DNA of 64,000 bases. It comes from Spirochaetaceae bacterium (GTDB taxonomy: Bacteria > Spirochaetota > Spirochaetia > DSM-2461). Each line of letters begins with the position of its first letter. Position 1 is the first letter of the stretch. The stretch is from NCBI GenBank assembly GCA_965224705.1, contig OZ245056.1, positions 2,336,001 through 2,400,000 of the forward strand. Direction: 5' to 3'. Below are positions 30,067 through 42,600 of this stretch, piece by piece. The notes beneath the pieces were generated by a model that was given only the letters and a program-made list of their open reading frames with translations, made no database searches and was not told where the DNA came from. The position numbers and the translations under genes are program-made.

Positions 30067-32718
30067 TTATCGGCTTCCCAGGCTGTTAAGGTATTCTAAA
30101 TTACGACTGGCAGAACTCTCCAGTTCCAGCAATGTGTCCCTTTCCTTATCTATAATTGCCTGCGGAGCACGAGAAATGAAATCAGTGTTTGCGAGCTTTT
30201 TCTTCTTACCGTTTATCAGTGACCGGGTTTTTTTTAAAGACTTTTGAAACTTCTTCACGGCCTCCTCAATGTCAATGAAGTTTTTGATATAGACATGAGC
30301 GGTGAAACCTCTTCCTATAACGGCAATTGAACCATCAAGGTTTTCTCCAGCAGAGATCATGCCCATGTCGTTAGAACGAACCAGTATACCGGTCAGTTCT
30401 TCCGTACCGATTAATGCCCTGCCGGATTCTCCTGTTATTTCAACGCGAACTTTTATGAATTGTGAAGGAGGTATTGTAAACTCGCTCCTGAGGGTTCGAA
30501 TCCCGGTTACCAGATTCTTGAGAGTATTAAAGGTTGACTCGGCATCAGAATCCTCAAGTGCATCATCGACATTTGGGTAGGGGCTTATGATGAGAGGCTC
30601 TCTTTCTCCCGGTAGTTTGCTCCATATCTCCTCGGTAATATAGGGAAGGAAGGGGTGGAGGAGTTTAAGTGACTGTTCAAGTGACCGTATAAGCATCGCA
30701 GCAATTCTGTCTTTTTCAGTTTCATCCTCACCGTAGAGACCTGGTTTGGCTGCTTCCACATACCAGTCGCAGTAGTCGTTCCAGAAGAATTCATACACTG
30801 AGTGAGCCATCTCGTCGAAACGGAAGGAGGTCATGGCGGATTCAACGGCTTGAACAGTTTTATTCAATCGGTGCCATATCCATCGATCGGCCAGAGTCCT
30901 CTGTTCGGGTGAATCCGGACTGTTGAGATTGCCAGGGTTTCGATTCGCCGAATTCATTAGAATGAATCGTGCGGCATTCCAGACCTTGTTGGCAAACTTG
31001 GACCCCAGTTTACAGGAATCCATGTCCAGTGGAATATCTTCTCCCTGAGCTGAGAGATAGGTTAAGGTGAATTTCATGGCATCAGCTCCATAGTTTTTCA
31101 CCACATCCATCGGATCGATGCCGTTTCCAAGGCTCTTGGACATTTTTCTCCCTTTTTTATCCCGTATCAACCCTGTAATGTAGATGTTTTTGAATGGAAC
31201 CTGGCCCATGAATTCCAAACCAGCCATTATCATGCGGGCCACCCAGAAAAAGATTATGTCGTAGCCGGTTACGAGGGTCGTGGTAGGGTAGAATCGGGCC
31301 AGATCCGGTGTCTTCTCGGGCCAGCCCAAAGTGCTGAATGGCCAGAGCCAGGATGAGAACCAGGTGTCAAGAACATCTGGATCTCGAAGGATTTCTCCTT
31401 TGCAGTTCGGGCAGTCTGGGGGATCTTCTCGGAGAACATAAAGCTGGCCGCAGGACTGGCAGGTAAAAGCTGGGATCTGGTGCCCCCACCATATCTGTCG
31501 GCTCACACACCAATCGCGGAGATTTTCAAGCCAATGCCTGTAGGTGTTTCCCCACTTTCTTGGATAAAAGTTTATTTCTCCATTTCTCCAGGCTTCCAGT
31601 GCTTTTTCAGCCATGGGTTTCATTCGTACAAACCACTGTTCTGAGAGAAAGGGTTCTACAACTGTGGCACAGCGGTAGCAGTGTCCCACCTGGTGAGTGT
31701 GTTCCCTGTATCTGTCCAGGGCACCAGTTTCCTGCAGCATTTTCACAGTTATCTGACGGGCCTGACTTGCGGTTAATCCCTGAATGAACTGGGGAACCAT
31801 CTTGTTCATCGTTCCATCACTGTTCATCACATTGATCGATTCCAGTCCATGCCGTTTACCTGTTTCATAATCGTTGGGATCATGGGCCGGTGTTATTTTC
31901 AAGCAGCCGGTACCAAATTGCCTATCAACACAGGAATCTGCAATAATGGGGATTTCCCTATCCATGAGGGGAAGTTTTACAGTTCGGCCGATGAATGATT
32001 TGTACCGTTCGTCATCAGGATGAACAGCCACAGCGGTATCCCCAAACATTGTTTCGGGCCTGGTGGTCACAACGGTTAAACACTCATTACCATCGGTAAG
32101 GGGATAGCGGATTTCCCACAGTCCTCCTTGTTTTTCTATATGATCCACTTCATCGTCTGCCAGGGCGGTTCCACAGGCAGGACACCAGTTCACAAGGTAT
32201 TCACCTTTATACAGGAGATTTTTCTCGTAGAGGGAAACAAAAACTTCTCGAACGGCTTTTGTATATTCGGAGTCCATGGTAAAACGTTCACGGCTCCAGT
32301 CACAGGATGAACCGATGGTTTCCAGTTGTCTGGTGATGATTGCATGATGTTCATCTTTGACTCTCCAGGTTTCCGCAATGAATTTCTCCCGGCCCAGATC
32401 GTGCCGATCTTTTCCTCTTTCTTTCAAACGGCGTTCTACAACGTTTTGTGTGGCGATACCGGCATGATCTGTACCCGGCAGCCAGAGGGCTGGATGCCCT
32501 TTCATCCTCCAGTAACGGATGAGCAAATCCTGGAGTGTGTTGTTCAACCCATGTCCCATGTGCAGGATGCCGGTTACATTGGGCGGTGGAATAACGATGA
32601 CATAGGGATTATTCCCACTGGAATTCGGGGCAAAATATCCCCCCTCCTTCCATAGCGAGTATATTCTTTCTTCAAAGTCCTCAGGGTTATATGATTTGGG
32701 CAGTTCTATTTGTTTCAT
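30067..32718 (-). CDS. valS: Valine--tRNA ligase
   Basis: PPPNVTGILHMGH, DHAGIATQ, TTRPET, DWCVSRQIWWGH, DVLDTWFSS, KMSKS. Confidence 0.98.
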   Translation of the reverse strand: MKQIELPKSYNPEDFEERIYSLWKEGGYFAPNSSGNNPYVIVIPPPNVTGILHMGHGLNNTLQDLLIRYWRMKGHPALWLPGTDHAGIATQNVVERRLKERGKDRHDLGREKFIAETWRVKDEHHAIITRQLETIGSSCDWSRERFTMDSEYTKAVREVFVSLYEKNLLYKGEYLVNWCPACGTALADDEVDHIEKQGGLWEIRYPLTDGNECLTVVTTRPETMFGDTAVAVHPDDERYKSFIGRTVKLPLMDREIPIIADSCVDRQFGTGCLKITPAHDPNDYETGKRHGLESINVMNSDGTMNKMVPQFIQGLTASQARQITVKMLQETGALDRYREHTHQVGHCYRCATVVEPFLSEQWFVRMKPMAEKALEAWRNGEINFYPRKWGNTYRHWLENLRDWCVSRQIWWGHQIPAFTCQSCGQLYVLREDPPDCPNCKGEILRDPDVLDTWFSSWLWPFSTLGWPEKTPDLARFYPTTTLVTGYDIIFFWVARMIMAGLEFMGQVPFKNIYITGLIRDKKGRKMSKSLGNGIDPMDVVKNYGADAMKFTLTYLSAQGEDIPLDMDSCKLGSKFANKVWNAARFILMNSANRNPGNLNSPDSPEQRTLADRWIWHRLNKTVQAVESAMTSFRFDEMAHSVYEFFWNDYCDWYVEAAKPGLYGEDETEKDRIAAMLIRSLEQSLKLLHPFLPYITEEIWSKLPGEREPLIISPYPNVDDALEDSDAESTFNTLKNLVTGIRTLRSEFTIPPSQFIKVRVEITGESGRALIGTEELTGILVRSNDMGMISAGENLDGSIAVIGRGFTAHVYIKNFIDIEEAVKKFQKSLKKTRSLINGKKKKLANTDFISRAPQAIIDKERDTLLELESSASRNLEYLNSLGSR

Positions 32719-33558
32719 GTGTTTTCCTCAGGTAGAGAATTATGATCAAAATACTGCATTATAGTACAGTGGGGAAGGACGGAGAAGACCTGTCGCTGAG
32801 CCGGTCAGGACGATTGTACCTGAAACCCGTTATAACCTCAGGCAAGCAGTTATTATCCCATCCAGTTTTCTTTCATCCGGCAGCAATTCTGGCCTTAATG
32901 ACTTGTCCTTATCAGAGACACATCGGTATTCCCTCAAATGGGCTCGAATTCTCATCAAACACATCAGCAGAAAAAGCAGTAAACTTAAACACTGTAACCT
33001 CAATTCAGTGTCAGAAAGCTTGTTAATGCAACAAAAACCTCCTGTCAGGCTCGTTATAACATAGTAAGAAAACAATTTATAAAGGAGTTTGACCATGCCA
33101 TTCCCTCACTGCCCCAACCCGAAATGTATCCATTTCAGTGCCCCAGAGCAAAAAAACTGGTTTTCGATACACAGTTCCTACCACACAGAAGCATTTGGAA
33201 CAGTCCAGCGCTACATCTGCAATGACTGCAAAAGAACCTTTTCCTCCCAGGGCAATTGCATCTAAAATCCACTTATGAAAGCCTTATTCATGATTCTTAA
33301 CCGCAGAGAACGCAGAGAGCGCAGAGTGTTCAAGATAAATGTTGACCAATCTGTTTATGCTATAGAGACGAAAAAACCCGGACTAAAGTAAGACTTTTTC
33401 TCCATTTTTGGGTGTTTTGCCCAAAATGTGGGTGCGTCCATGCGCCCACGGGCAGCTCTAAGCGGTTTTAAGAGCTCCCCTATATCTCTCTGCGTACCTC
33501 TGCGTTCTCTGCGGTTTAATGCCGCTTTGAGGAGATTCCACATTCTTTGAGACACTAG

Positions 33559-35243
33559 CCCCTATTTCTCACCAAGACCTTGAGACAAAGCAGGCTTCCC
33601 ATGCTAAAATATTTACATGAAAAAAAATACAAAACGAAAAGAAGCCCGCTTTGCTAATACAGAGTGTAAAGCCCATCAGCTCGAATTGCAAGGGATGGAA
33701 ATCGGAAAATCCCGCAAAATTATTGTAAAGAATGACGGCAAGGTCAACAGCTCCGATGCCGGATTTCTTCTGCTCCAGCAGGTTGAGCAGAAGCACAGAA
33801 TTATTGAAAAGCTGTCAGATTTCTTCACCGATAAAAGAGATCAGGGAAAAATTACACATAGCCTGAGTGCTCTTCTGAAACAGAGAATCTTCGGAATCTG
33901 TCAGGGCTATGAAGATCTCAATGATCATGAACAATTGCGCGATGATCCGCTGCTTCAGTATATATGCGGACGGGATGATAAAACTCCAGCTGCAGGAAAG
34001 AGCACCCTGAACAGATTGGAACTCGGTCATGAACTGGATGAAAAAACCAAGGACCGGTACAGCAAAATCACCTGGGATGCCGAGGGGATTGAAGAGCTGC
34101 TCTGTCAACTGTTTCTTGAGAGTTTCGAGGAGCCGCCGAAAACCCTGATTCTGGATTTTGATGCCACTGACATTCCCATCCACGGCGAGCAGCAGAGGCG
34201 GTTTTTTCACGGATATTACGATCACTACTGCTACCTTCCGCTCTATGTGTTCTGTGATGATTTTCCCCTGATCGCCCGCCTGCGGTCGTCCAGCGTGGAT
34301 GCCTGTGAGAGTACCGAAGAGATTCTGGTCAAGCTGGTTGGCGCGATCAGGGCCAGATTTCCTGATGTCCGTATCATTTTCCGTGGAGACTCGGACTTCT
34401 GCCGTGAGAGTATACTGAAGCAGTGTGAGATATTAAAAGTCAAATATATCACCGGTATGGCAGGAAATACGCGGCTACTGAAGAAAATTGAACCGCAGAT
34501 GGCTGAGGCTGAAAAGCTCTTCGTTAAGAGCAAAGCAGCCGAACGTGTTTTTACCCGTTTTTCCTGGAGGACCCAAAGCAGCTGGAGTCGCAATCGGGAT
34601 GTCATTGCCAAGGCGGAACATCTGCCGGGCAAGAAGAATCCCCGCTTTATTGTGACTGACATACCTGTTGAAGAAGGGGATGCCCAATCGCTGTATGAAG
34701 ATGTCTACTGTGCACGCGGCGATATGGAGAATCGCATCAAAGAGCAGCAGCTTTATCTGTTTGCCGACCGCACCTCCAGCTATTGGGTGAGTTCGAATCA
34801 GCTCCGATTGTACTTTTCGACAATCGCCTATATATTCTTTGTCCATCTTCGAAAGACAATTCAGCAGGTCAGCGGCGATGAAACCCGGAGCCTGTCCTCT
34901 ACGATCCGATTAAGAATGCTTAAAGTGTCAGCCGCTGTAAAGATTACGGTTCGCCGAGTCTGGATCAGTCTTCCGGAGAGTTTTCCCTGGTGGGACATTT
35001 GGATACGAACATCCCGGGCCATCTGAGCGGTAATAAAAGCAGTTGAGAGTTCTAATCTGGGTTCCTTGGGGAAGCTGTGCCCCGAGGGTTGAAAAAACGG
35101 AAGAAAATCAGAAGAAATCGACTTAATTTGGGCGGAAATAACAAGGATCAATCAACTGGAAACTTTTTGTTCGATATATTAGGGGAGAGAACAGAAATTC
35201 TCCAAGATTTTTTATGCAGTTTTATGTTGGTGAGAAATAGGGG
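33559..35243 (+). mobile_element. IS1380 family insertion sequence, 1685 bp
   Basis: Perfect 17-bp TIRs CCCCTATTTCTCACCAA / TTGGTGAGAAATAGGGG; CTAG duplicated at 33555-33558 and 35244-35247. Confidence 0.93.
33617..35026 (+). CDS. IS1380 family transposase (intact)
   Basis: SSDAG.LLL, QGYEDLNDH..LRDDP, LDFDATD..IHGEQ..FFHGYYDHYCYLPLY, RGDS, NPRFIVT, YCARGDMENRIKEQQL. Confidence 0.95.
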   Translation: MKKNTKRKEARFANTECKAHQLELQGMEIGKSRKIIVKNDGKVNSSDAGFLLLQQVEQKHRIIEKLSDFFTDKRDQGKITHSLSALLKQRIFGICQGYEDLNDHEQLRDDPLLQYICGRDDKTPAAGKSTLNRLELGHELDEKTKDRYSKITWDAEGIEELLCQLFLESFEEPPKTLILDFDATDIPIHGEQQRRFFHGYYDHYCYLPLYVFCDDFPLIARLRSSSVDACESTEEILVKLVGAIRARFPDVRIIFRGDSDFCRESILKQCEILKVKYITGMAGNTRLLKKIEPQMAEAEKLFVKSKAAERVFTRFSWRTQSSWSRNRDVIAKAEHLPGKKNPRFIVTDIPVEEGDAQSLYEDVYCARGDMENRIKEQQLYLFADRTSSYWVSSNQLRLYFSTIAYIFFVHLRKTIQQVSGDETRSLSSTIRLRMLKVSAAVKITVRRVWISLPESFPWWDIWIRTSRAI

Positions 35244-35541
35244 CTAGATAAAAATTTCCATTGACCTCGAAAATCAGTGTTTTTCATTCTTTTTGGGACA
35301 GAATTAGATGCAATTACCCTGCTTTTCCTCCCAGACTTTTTCAATCGATTACTATGCGAAAAAAGTCATCGACTACGAGGAACTTCTACAGCATCTGGTG
35401 ACCTCTTCCGGTGTGAACGACATCAGCCGTCATCTGGAGGTTTCTTCCGATACGGTACAGAACCGATGCGAAAGACTGGCCCGTTCCGCCATGGCAATCC
35501 ATGCCCGGCTGTTGAAAAAACTCCCCATGAGGGAATCCATG

Positions 35542-35703
35542 GAGTCTGTCGGACTTTAAGACTTCGAGGCGATTTTTGATGATTTTTTCCTGATGCAAGG
35601 CGACAAAAACTCAAGCGTAGCTGGGCTACGTGAGTATTTTGGCAACGCAGCAGCAGGGGAAAAGGGCAAAAATCGAGCCGTGAGGCGTAAGTCCGACAGA
35701 CTC
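35542..35703. mobile_element. MITE family C, 162-bp copy
   Basis: Perfect 15-bp TIRs GAGTCTGTCGGACTT / AAGTCCGACAGACTC; 4-bp duplication CATG at 35538-35541 and 35704-35707. Confidence 0.9.
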
Positions 35704-36669
35704 CATGGCCGCCGATGGACTGGAGTCCTTTTCCTTCTCTCAATACTATCCCAACCACATCAACATCTTTGCCGGAAGTGAGTCCGAGTTCATCTATGAG
35801 ACCGGGTTTGCCAATCTCAGGAGGAAAGGAAGAATGACTTCCCGTCAGAAATTGATCCGAAAAAAGCTGGAGGCCCGGGGCAGGGCGGATCCCGGGGCCA
35901 TTGAGAAATCGGTGAGAAGTCTGACAGAAGATTTGATTCAATTTCTTATGAAGAAAAAGGTTGTGCATAAGCTTCTCTTCACGGATATGCACAGGGCATA
36001 CACCCGGGCCTTTGCGAAAACCGAGCATTTTCTCCACTTCTTCATCCGGATCATGACATCTTCAAGGTCGGCCAGAACCATGGATAATCCGATGTTTCCT
36101 ATTAACTACATTGACCGTCAGATCAGGAAAGATATTTCAGATCATGTCAGGGAGACGGTCAAGTTTGCCAAATCTCCCGCTGCGATGATGATTCGATTTG
36201 TTCTTTATCGTCACTATCACAACTGCATGATTCCATGGAGGGTGAAGGAAGCCAGGAAGAAGAAGGACACAACTCATGCTGAGAAGGCCGGGATCACCAG
36301 GAAGAAACTTCGCAAGGCAGTGAGCAAATACTGGTTGAAGAGGGCCTTTCTGAGCAGGGTCAATCTGGGTGCGGCAGAGAAGAAGACCTGGTTGTGTGAG
36401 TGGCGTAATCCGGGAGTGGAATCCGGCCGTTATGATCCGCTGTATGTGAAGGTTTAGGATGAGATCGGACTCCCGGGATGGGTTGAAGAGGGTTTTACAG
36501 GCTTTCTGACACTGGATATTTCAATCAAAGAAAGTATACAGGATGCGATGGATTTGTTTAATCGGTGCAGAAAAAATAGATTCACAGCAATTTCCTCCAA
36601 CTAAAATAAAAAACTTTTTTTTCCAGAAAAAATGAATAATGCCCCACTTGAAAGAGTCATACAGGATGT

Positions 36670-39600
36670 ATGAAGAATCGCTTTTTCCATTGGTTACCAA
36701 CATCAGGAGTCTGGTCTTATCGATTTGCAAGTTTACTTTTTACCTGTGTCATCATTTCCTGGAGTGTTTTCCCCCAGACCATACCCCTTCTTCCCAGCAC
36801 CAACCATGCCTTGCTGGAGGTTTACATTGATCAGGCTGCCAGTACTCGGACTCGCAATGACTGGCTGCGCATAGCCCGAGGTGGATTTGAATCGGTTCTG
36901 GCCGAATGGGAGGCCGCTGCTGCCCTTGTTATTACTGACAGTCGTGTTCTGCAATCTGGTAGGAAGAAGGTGTTGAAAGATCTTGAACAAAGTCTGTCAA
37001 CAGGATTGTCCGAATGGGCTGTTACTCAGTTTCGCAACCAGCATGACCCCCGGGGATTCTCAGATTTCTGGGTTCAAATGAGAGAGGCCGCCCTGACCGC
37101 AACATTTGAATCCCGGAGCGGAGAATTTATCAAAGATGAAAAAGGGCGGCTGGTTGTTATAAAAGCTGACAGGGAGACACTTGCCGAAGATTCGGCTGCA
37201 TTTAAAAACTTCTGGGATGAGCTTATAGACCAGAAGGTTGATGATTGGTATTCAGGGGCCCAGACGGCTTTTTCGGAATTGCTTCTGGATTTTGGTTCCG
37301 AAGAAGCAGCCATTCTTGAAACATATCGTCAGAGTACACTTTCGTCACTGAAGCAGTCGTATTCCAGGGAACTTTCAAAAATGACCCGCCTTACCGAATC
37401 GGCTATGATTCACTATCGCCTCAAAAATATAGTTGATTCCGACTCTGATGCAGGCGGGCAGGATGTGATTCCCTCGGAAACCAGAGCCATGCTCAACCAG
37501 GTTCAAAACGATGCAGAGGCTGGTTTGACACGCTTGAAGGATGGACTGAATGTCAACCAGGATGCACCCGAAGTGAAGAAAGCTGATATAGATGCCGCCC
37601 GATGGAGGGCGAGTTTCCGGGAAGAACTGGAAAAGGGCATACTTCTCTGGAGGGAGGCTGAAGAGAGGCTTCTGATGAACCGGATCGAATGGGAGAAAAA
37701 GGCCGGTTATGATCTTGTTCTGACTCGAAAAAGGTGGGATAAGGCATTCCGGGAGTTGGCCGAAGCCAATGAAAAGTGGCTTGATGACTATCAGCGGATC
37801 TGGAATGAGGGTCAGGATCGCTGGGAAATCCAGAGCCGTCAGATGCAGAACACTCTGGAAAATGCCCGCAGTGAAATGGCATCAAACATCAATGGCCGCC
37901 ATGATTCCATGGTTCAGAGGGTGTCTACTCTGGTGGATATTCTTGGCCAGTCTCTGATAATGATGAGCACGGCCCGGGAAAACTTTGCGTACTGGATGAA
38001 CAAAGCAGCTCCCTACAGTCAGCAAACTCTGGAGCAGGTATCATGGGATATCGAGGATCTGAGAGCACGCTATAACAGAGCTGTTAATTTGAAGAAATAC
38101 AGTCATGGCCTGCGGTGGAGTTTTCTTTTCTTTAATGATAAAGCCGGAGAACAGGCCCGTTACTGGCTGGAAGACATCTACAACGTGTATCTGGAACGTG
38201 CGCAGGATGTCAGAGCCGATCTGTATCAGACATACAATTTATCGGTTTTCGGAGAAAGCGGACTTGATGAAATGGGACTCAAGGACCTTACCTCTGAACT
38301 GAAGAATGGTCAGTGGGAACAGATCTTTTTAGATGACTATCAGGTGGAACTGCTCAAGGCCAGAGCGGCTGCTTCGTATTGGGAGAAGGAACTGGAGATT
38401 GCCGCTGCCGTTACCCGCTACGCAGAAAAGCCGAGTTCCATTCTGGGAAGTGAAGAAGAAAAGAATGAGGTGGATAGAGCCTGGACGGAGAGCTTTGATG
38501 CGTACCAGAAGGCCCTCGAAACATATCAGGCGGGCATCAAAAAACTTGAAATGGCAAACCTGGATCTCAAGGAAAATAGCAGAAAATTGACCGAAGTGCA
38601 GAAAATTTTGACCGGATACAGGGAAGAACTCGCAGAAGCCCGGGCAGTTTACCAGAATGAAATACTTTTAAAAGAGCTGGATTCTTCCCGGTACTTCAAG
38701 GAACAGATTCGAGATTCCTATGTGAGGTTACTGGAACTTTACGGATTGACTGATGATGAGAAGAAAAGTACCGAGAGTTTCTATATGGATTATCTCAATA
38801 AGAATAGGGCATATGAGGGAGAATTCTCCCTCTCTCAGACATCTCTTCTGGTCACGGAACTCATTGAAGGTGATCCGGGCAGAATTCCTCCCATACTTTC
38901 TCTGCAGGATCTGGGAGTCCGTTATGAGAATGCCAGAGATTGGAATACGGCCAACTTGTTTTCTGCCAGTCGATTGAATCCAGACTTCATGGAGAAGTTT
39001 CAAAAGGCCTGGAACCTGAGCATTGATGAAGAGGTTTATCTCAAGGCGACCAAACTGGTGAAAGGCCTGTCAGCACAATATGATGCTGATGGTACACTGG
39101 ATACAGAGGCCATGGTCATTTTTCAGGCTGATATTGCTGCTATAACGGCAGGACTTTTGAGAAACTATAGAACCGAACTGGAATCGGTTGTGAATCAGAT
39201 AGTTCTTCTCACCTCTGAACATATTTTTGAGGACACAGGATGGGCGGGAAGCTCTGTTGATCTTTCCCGAGCTGAAAGTGAAGAGGATGTGAAATCAGCC
39301 CTCAAAGATGAAGCACAGCGGGCAAAGTTCACATTGATTGCAGATCGGATCACCTTCGATAAGGAAGTTCTGTTCAAGCTGAAGCAGAATCTTGACAATT
39401 GGATGGCAGGCGGTTTGAAAGAAACTGATTTTCGTCCCATCCAGCCCAATGATATCAATGATCAGCAATCAGTACTGGCCTGGATTTACTATTCCAGTCT
39501 CCATGAGAATGCTTCTTTCTCAGTCCGTCTCAAAAAGGATCTGGAATTCCTGGCTGAACTGGAAGAGGTTGCCGGTGAAGAGGAGACAATCAAGAATTTT

Positions 39601-42600
39601 TCCTCACTGGCTGAAGCCTTCCGTCAGCTTATTCCTGCCAATCCCCTTGCGTCCATCTACATCAATGGTAGAAGTCTTCTGATGAGAAATGATGAAGACT
39701 ACGGGGCGATCTTTCTGGCTGATCAATTCAGCACTCATGATCAGTCGGTCCAGGGTATTTCTCACTGGAATATCTTTGGCCCTTATTCTGTTTCCGGGCG
39801 GCAGATGGCAGAAAAATCGACCATTGCTGAAATCTATCGAATTATTTCCCGTCATGGTCTGGCCGATAGTTCAGATGGCGCATGGCAGTTCCTGAACCCT
39901 GAAACGGTATGGGAAAACGCTCATTTTCAATCCAGAGAAGAAGTTTCCCACATGCTTGTACACCTTTCCCGCGATCTGGAAGACATGCCGACGGCCCGAC
40001 CTGTAACCGAGCATGTTATGGAAGCTCTGGAAAGGTGGCAGAAAAGCCTGGAGGACTACTTCCTGGTAAAAAGTCATTCATTCTCTGATGATCTGGATGA
40101 AGAGGAGATACAAACCAGACTGGAAGAGCTTGAAGCTGCACGGGAAGTTGTGAAAATGAATACCCAGAGACACTCCCGCATTGAATCGACCAGTGAACCA
40201 TTGATGATGTTGGCCCTCAGTATTCTGATTCATCCCAATGAGAGTTCTGCCAGTGAAACCTTCATCAGAATTTCAGCCAGTGAATTAGCCGGGATGCTGA
40301 CAGATCTGAACTCTGATCTGGATGCAGAATCCACCTGGCTTCCTTTATTGACAGACCTTAAAGAGACCCTGGGAATTCAGCCGGATGATGAGGTGGCAGG
40401 CGTGCTGGACGATCATTTCTTACCAGCACGGATTCTGGCTGCACAATATGTGAGAGAGGCCTCTGGAATTGCCAGGGGAGAGGCTGCTTATGCCGATCAG
40501 ATTCTCTATTCCAGATTGACCGGGTTGTCTCTGGAGTCTTACGCATCCATGATCGGTCAATTTGAATCCGAAAACTCTCCTGGAGAGTTGTTAAACGATT
40601 CGTATGCTTCGAGAGGGAATCTGGATGAACTGCAGAATAATACCGCATGGGAGGACATTCTTGCCCCGGCTCTCTCAGATTTGCCGGGATCGAAACTGTA
40701 TCAGGCCACTCTGGCTGAGATCCTGATAACTCTGACCGATGAGCCCACTGCCCGGTGGTATCTGGCCCAGGAGGGCATCGACATCAACTTTGATTCTACA
40801 GGATACAGCCGCCATTATGCTCTGGATGAGAGAGCTGCACTTTTTTTTCTGAAGAGAGAAGCTCTGTGGGGGACGTTGACCGATGAGAAGAAGGAAGAGT
40901 TCAGCCTTTCCGATGAATCGGCCCGGGAACTGGAGAAGTTTTCCCTCATTGCTGAAGCACTTCATCGATACATACCGGCGGTGGATGGAAATCTCATCGA
41001 ATACCTTGGCGGCATCAATGGCATCAGTGAATCCGAAGCGGGCATCATCCTTTCAGACCGCTGGAACGATCTTTATTTTCAGAAGAGTATTCAGGAGCGT
41101 ACACTTTCTGACGCGGATCAGTTTCTCTGGGTTAATTCCAGCCTTGATTCTTTAAATCAATACCACAAAGCTGCGGCCTTTTCTCAAGTCAGTCATCTGG
41201 CAGAGAAAACTCGAAATACTCTGGCGGCAGAAAGTAAGAGCCTTGACCGGGAAGACTCCAGGCTGAAATATGCCGTGAGAAGAAATGAACTGAGGGAAAA
41301 ATCTCCGGGCATCTGGCGGCTTTACCTGGATGCAAAATACATGCAGCTGAGGGAGAATGAAGAATGGAGCGGATCAATCGGAGAGACAGAAGAATTCAGG
41401 ACAGGTGAGACTGAATTTATTGACCGGGTCCCGCTGTATCAGGGAGAATCTCTTCCCCTGGACAGCAGGAGAACTATTTATCAGGCGAAGGACAGGACTC
41501 AGGCCGCTCTTCTGGAAACCTTCAATCAGCTTGCTCTGACGACTGACAAATTGAATGATGTCCTCAAAACCCGGGACGAAGAAAGTATCAGTGATTCCTC
41601 CATGGAAAGATTCAAACTCTGGGCGGAAGAGCTTTCTTCCAGGATCGGAACTCACTTTGAACCTGAGAAGGATCCCGTTCCGACCGATGTCTTTCAGGTA
41701 AACCAATCTTTGAAAATAGAAGTGGAATCTTCTCGCAGTGAATGGCACAGGCGGGAGTCTGAGATTTCATCCCTCCAGTCAAAAATTCGCTCCTTTGGAC
41801 AGAGCATATCCAATTGGATCGAAAACATAGATCAACAATCCCGGCCTTTTATCACTGGATCTCAGCAGGTAATCAAAGATTTGAACGTAAAAATTGATGC
41901 GGTGGAAGAAAGATGGAAGAATCTCATCGGCCCGAAAGATGATCCCCAGGCGGATACTTACAGGGGAGCCGAATACCGCTACTCAAGGTCATATAATGAA
42001 GTTCAATCCAGTCTGAAATCCCTTGATGCAGCGAAGCAGAACTTCAAAAAGTCAAAGGCCATCCGGGATTACTCATCAAGCTATCATCTGTATCTTGGGC
42101 GGGATATTGCTTCGGAGGAAAGACCGGCAGACAGGGGTGAATCCCTCCAGATGGATGAACTTCAACAGATAATTGATGCTGCCCGTCCTGAGAAGTATCT
42201 GGGTCAGGTTTCCACCCAGTATCATCGGAGCAGGATTGTTGTGGAAACTCTTGAGAATATCCAGCAGAAAACAGCCGATTCTCTTTCTGAACGAGACAGC
42301 CTCTACAGAAAACAATCAGAAGAAGTGAACAGTGCCCGAAGGCTGGAGGTGGCTCTGAAGAGTCTCTCCAATGTTTTAACAGATTATACGGAAAAAACTC
42401 TGGGTGAATATGAGAGAATCTACCAGAAAAGGGAAGCAGTCCTCCGCAAATTCACCCTGGACCTTGGGGATGAGGACGACTTTATCTACAACTTCCGGAC
42501 TGATCCAGGCGGCTCAAAACTTATGGAAGAACAGGTTCTTCTCAACGGCATGGATGTACACTGGGACAGAGATGGCCGTGCACATATAACCTTTGATTTG

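Larger units (their letters stand above)
33248..35321. mobile_element. MITE family B (ISAs1-type CAGGG ends), about 385 bp plus an inserted IS1380
   Basis: TIRs CAGGGCAATTGCATCTAA / TTAGATGCAATTACCCTG; exact 10-bp target duplication CTTTTCCTCC at 33238-33247 and 35322-35331. Confidence 0.88.
33095..36457 (+). pseudogene. IS1-like transposase in three pieces: 33095-33247, 35332-35541, 35708-36457 (370 aa when rejoined)
   Basis: AAAGGAG RBS; CPNPKC...QRYICNDCKRTFSS|QTFSIDYY...HTH (ISRHLEVSSDTV)...ESM|AADGLESF...TDMHRAY...NPMFPINYIDRQIRKD; both junctions in frame. Confidence 0.85.
33006..36514 (+). mobile_element. IS element A (IS1-like Zn-finger/HTH/DDE transposase), about 1259 bp before two later insertions
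   Basis: TIRs CAGTGTCAGAAAGCTTGTTAA / TTTACAGGCTTTCTGACACTG enclose a split transposase gene. Confidence 0.85.

Noticed and set aside
32742..33096. Short ORFs between valS and IS A, and a possible tRNA-Leu att repeat
   Set aside because: No recognisable motifs, the ORFs run into the IS end, and no copy of the tRNA-Leu 3' end was found.
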